Of a DNA stretch of 37,485 bases, positions 36,202 through 37,485 are shown one piece after another. Position 1 is the stretch's first letter; every line of letters starts with the position of its first letter. The stretch spans positions 26,556 to 64,040 of the forward strand of contig CAZPGP010000002.1 in NCBI GenBank assembly GCA_964586395.1, written 5' to 3'. The notes below the pieces were generated by a model. That model did not search any database, had not been told where the DNA came from, and saw only the letters and a list, made by a program, of their open reading frames with translations. Both the position numbers and the translations under genes were made by a program. The stretch is from an uncultured Candidatus Saccharibacteria bacterium (GTDB lineage: Bacteria; Patescibacteriota; Saccharimonadia; Saccharimonadales; EFPC-124).

Positions 36202-36285
36202 CGATTTTATTTAAGCATAAGTTCGATGTTTTCTCACTACAAAGAATAGACACGTTGGCTCTTTGGACAACCCTGTCTGTCGAGA

Positions 36286-37485
36286 TTACTCGAGGACGCG
36301 CACGCGAATAGTGTCGGTGTTGCCAGGAACGCCAGGCTGCTGGCCTGAGACGACCACGACAGTTGAACCAGCTTCGAAGAAGTCTTGCTCGCGTAGCTCT
36401 TTCGCTAGGTCGAGGCCAGCATTTTCGCCGTCTGGACGAAGGAAACTCTTGTTCGCATACAGAAGCGTCAGCTGTTGAGCGACACGCGGAACAGATGTGA
36501 CTGAAACGATCGGCATCGATGGGCGGTGACTGGCAATGCTGCGTGAAGTAGCGCCTGTCTTTGTTTCGCAGATGATGGCCTTGGCGCCAATCTGGTGGGC
36601 CAGGGTGGTCACCGCAGAACTGATTGAATCCTGACGACGGTCGTCATTCAGGTCCTCCTCGTTGTAGAGAATCGGGCGAACTGGTTCGTGCTCTTGAGTG
36701 TAGAGAATCACGCGCTTCATTGTTGCGATAGCTTCGATTGGGTAATTGCCCATGGCTGATTCTTCGCTCAGCATCAGACAGTCGGCGCCGCTAATAACTG
36801 CGGTCGCGATGTCGCTAACCTCGGCGCGGGTTGGCTCCGGACTGTCCACCATGCTCATAAGCATCTGCGTAGCAACAATGCTGATCTTGCCGTGCTTCTG
36901 GCAGAGGGCCAGGATGCGACGCTGCACGATAGGCACAACTTCTGGGCTAGCCTCAACGGCGAGGTCACCACGAGCGACCATTACACCGTCAGAAATCTTT
37001 ACAATTTCCTCGAGATTTTCATCGGCAATTGCAGCCGGAGTTTCAACCTTAGCAATAACTCGGACTTCTGAGCCCCTCTCCTTCAACATGTCCTTGAGGA
37101 GCTTGATGTCAGAGGCACTCTGCACAAAGCTCAACGCAACGTAGTCGTAATCTTGGGTAACGCCGAACTCGATGTCTTTCAGGTCTTTTGGCGTCAGGAT
37201 GTCACCGCCAAAGTCAGTGTCAGGCAGGTTAATGCCTTTACGCTGCAGGACAAAACCGTCATTTTCAACGCGGACGTTTACAACGTTTTCTTCGGTGCTG
37301 AGGACAGTGGTGCGAACTTTGCCATCGTACATGTACAGGCGTTCGCCAGCTTTTACTTTCTTGCTGAGGTCGTACTGAATCGGGAATGTATTAGCGCCAT
37401 CGTACTCACCCTTAAAGACAAGACGAAGCTCTTGGTCCTTGTGGAGGTTAACCTTGCCGTCAAAGTCGCCGAGGCGAATCTTAGG
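36286..37485 (-). CDS. pyk: pyruvate kinase (5' end outside the window)
   Basis: KGINLP, VALSFV, AKVE, MVARGDL, ATQML, PTRAEVSD, MLSEESAMG. Frame stays open to the window edge. Confidence 0.95.
   Translation of the reverse strand, partial: PKIRLGDFDGKVNLHKDQELRLVFKGEYDGANTFPIQYDLSKKVKAGERLYMYDGKVRTTVLSTEENVVNVRVENDGFVLQRKGINLPDTDFGGDILTPKDLKDIEFGVTQDYDYVALSFVQSASDIKLLKDMLKERGSEVRVIAKVETPAAIADENLEEIVKISDGVMVARGDLAVEASPEVVPIVQRRILALCQKHGKISIVATQMLMSMVDSPEPTRAEVSDIATAVISGADCLMLSEESAMGNYPIEAIATMKRVILYTQEHEPVRPILYNEEDLNDDRRQDSISSAVTTLAHQIGAKAIICETKTGATSRSIASHRPSMPIVSVTSVPRVAQQLTLLYANKSFLRPDGENAGLDLAKELREQDFFEAGSTVVVVSGQQPGVPGNTDTIRVRVLE

Noticed and set aside
636-36225. YGAAHTTAT as a Chi/KOPS-like replichore motif or DNA uptake sequence
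   Set aside because: Its orientation flips with the upstream gene and it clusters at gene ends.

Overview
The backbone is a gene-dense, mostly minus-strand set of housekeeping genes: obgE, LysM/CHAP, mltG, yqgF/ruvX, ftsA-like, a short alaS, mnmA, cysteine desulfurase, tatD, metG, pgeF, rsmA, an RpfB-like protein, pcrA/uvrD, tpiA, pgk and a partial pyk. Gene content and the shortened AlaRS suggest Candidate Phyla Radiation, most likely Saccharibacteria (inference). Twelve orphan genes with very high GC3 (actinobacterial-like codon usage) are scattered between them. Most share one layout: AT-rich sigma70-type promoter, ~30-55 nt leader with a Shine-Dalgarno, ORF, long bulged GC hairpin without an adjacent U-tract (three have a UCAC tetraloop), then a strand-oriented YGAAHTTAT motif where composition drops back to AT-rich. 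The same motif follows several native genes. Many native genes instead look leaderless or short-leadered. This cassette-like gene class with its 3' signal is the main candidate for an undescribed system. Possible explanations are host-directed effector mRNAs, a non-canonical 3'-end signal, or gene capture. No rRNA, tRNA, CRISPR, transposase or integrase was seen.
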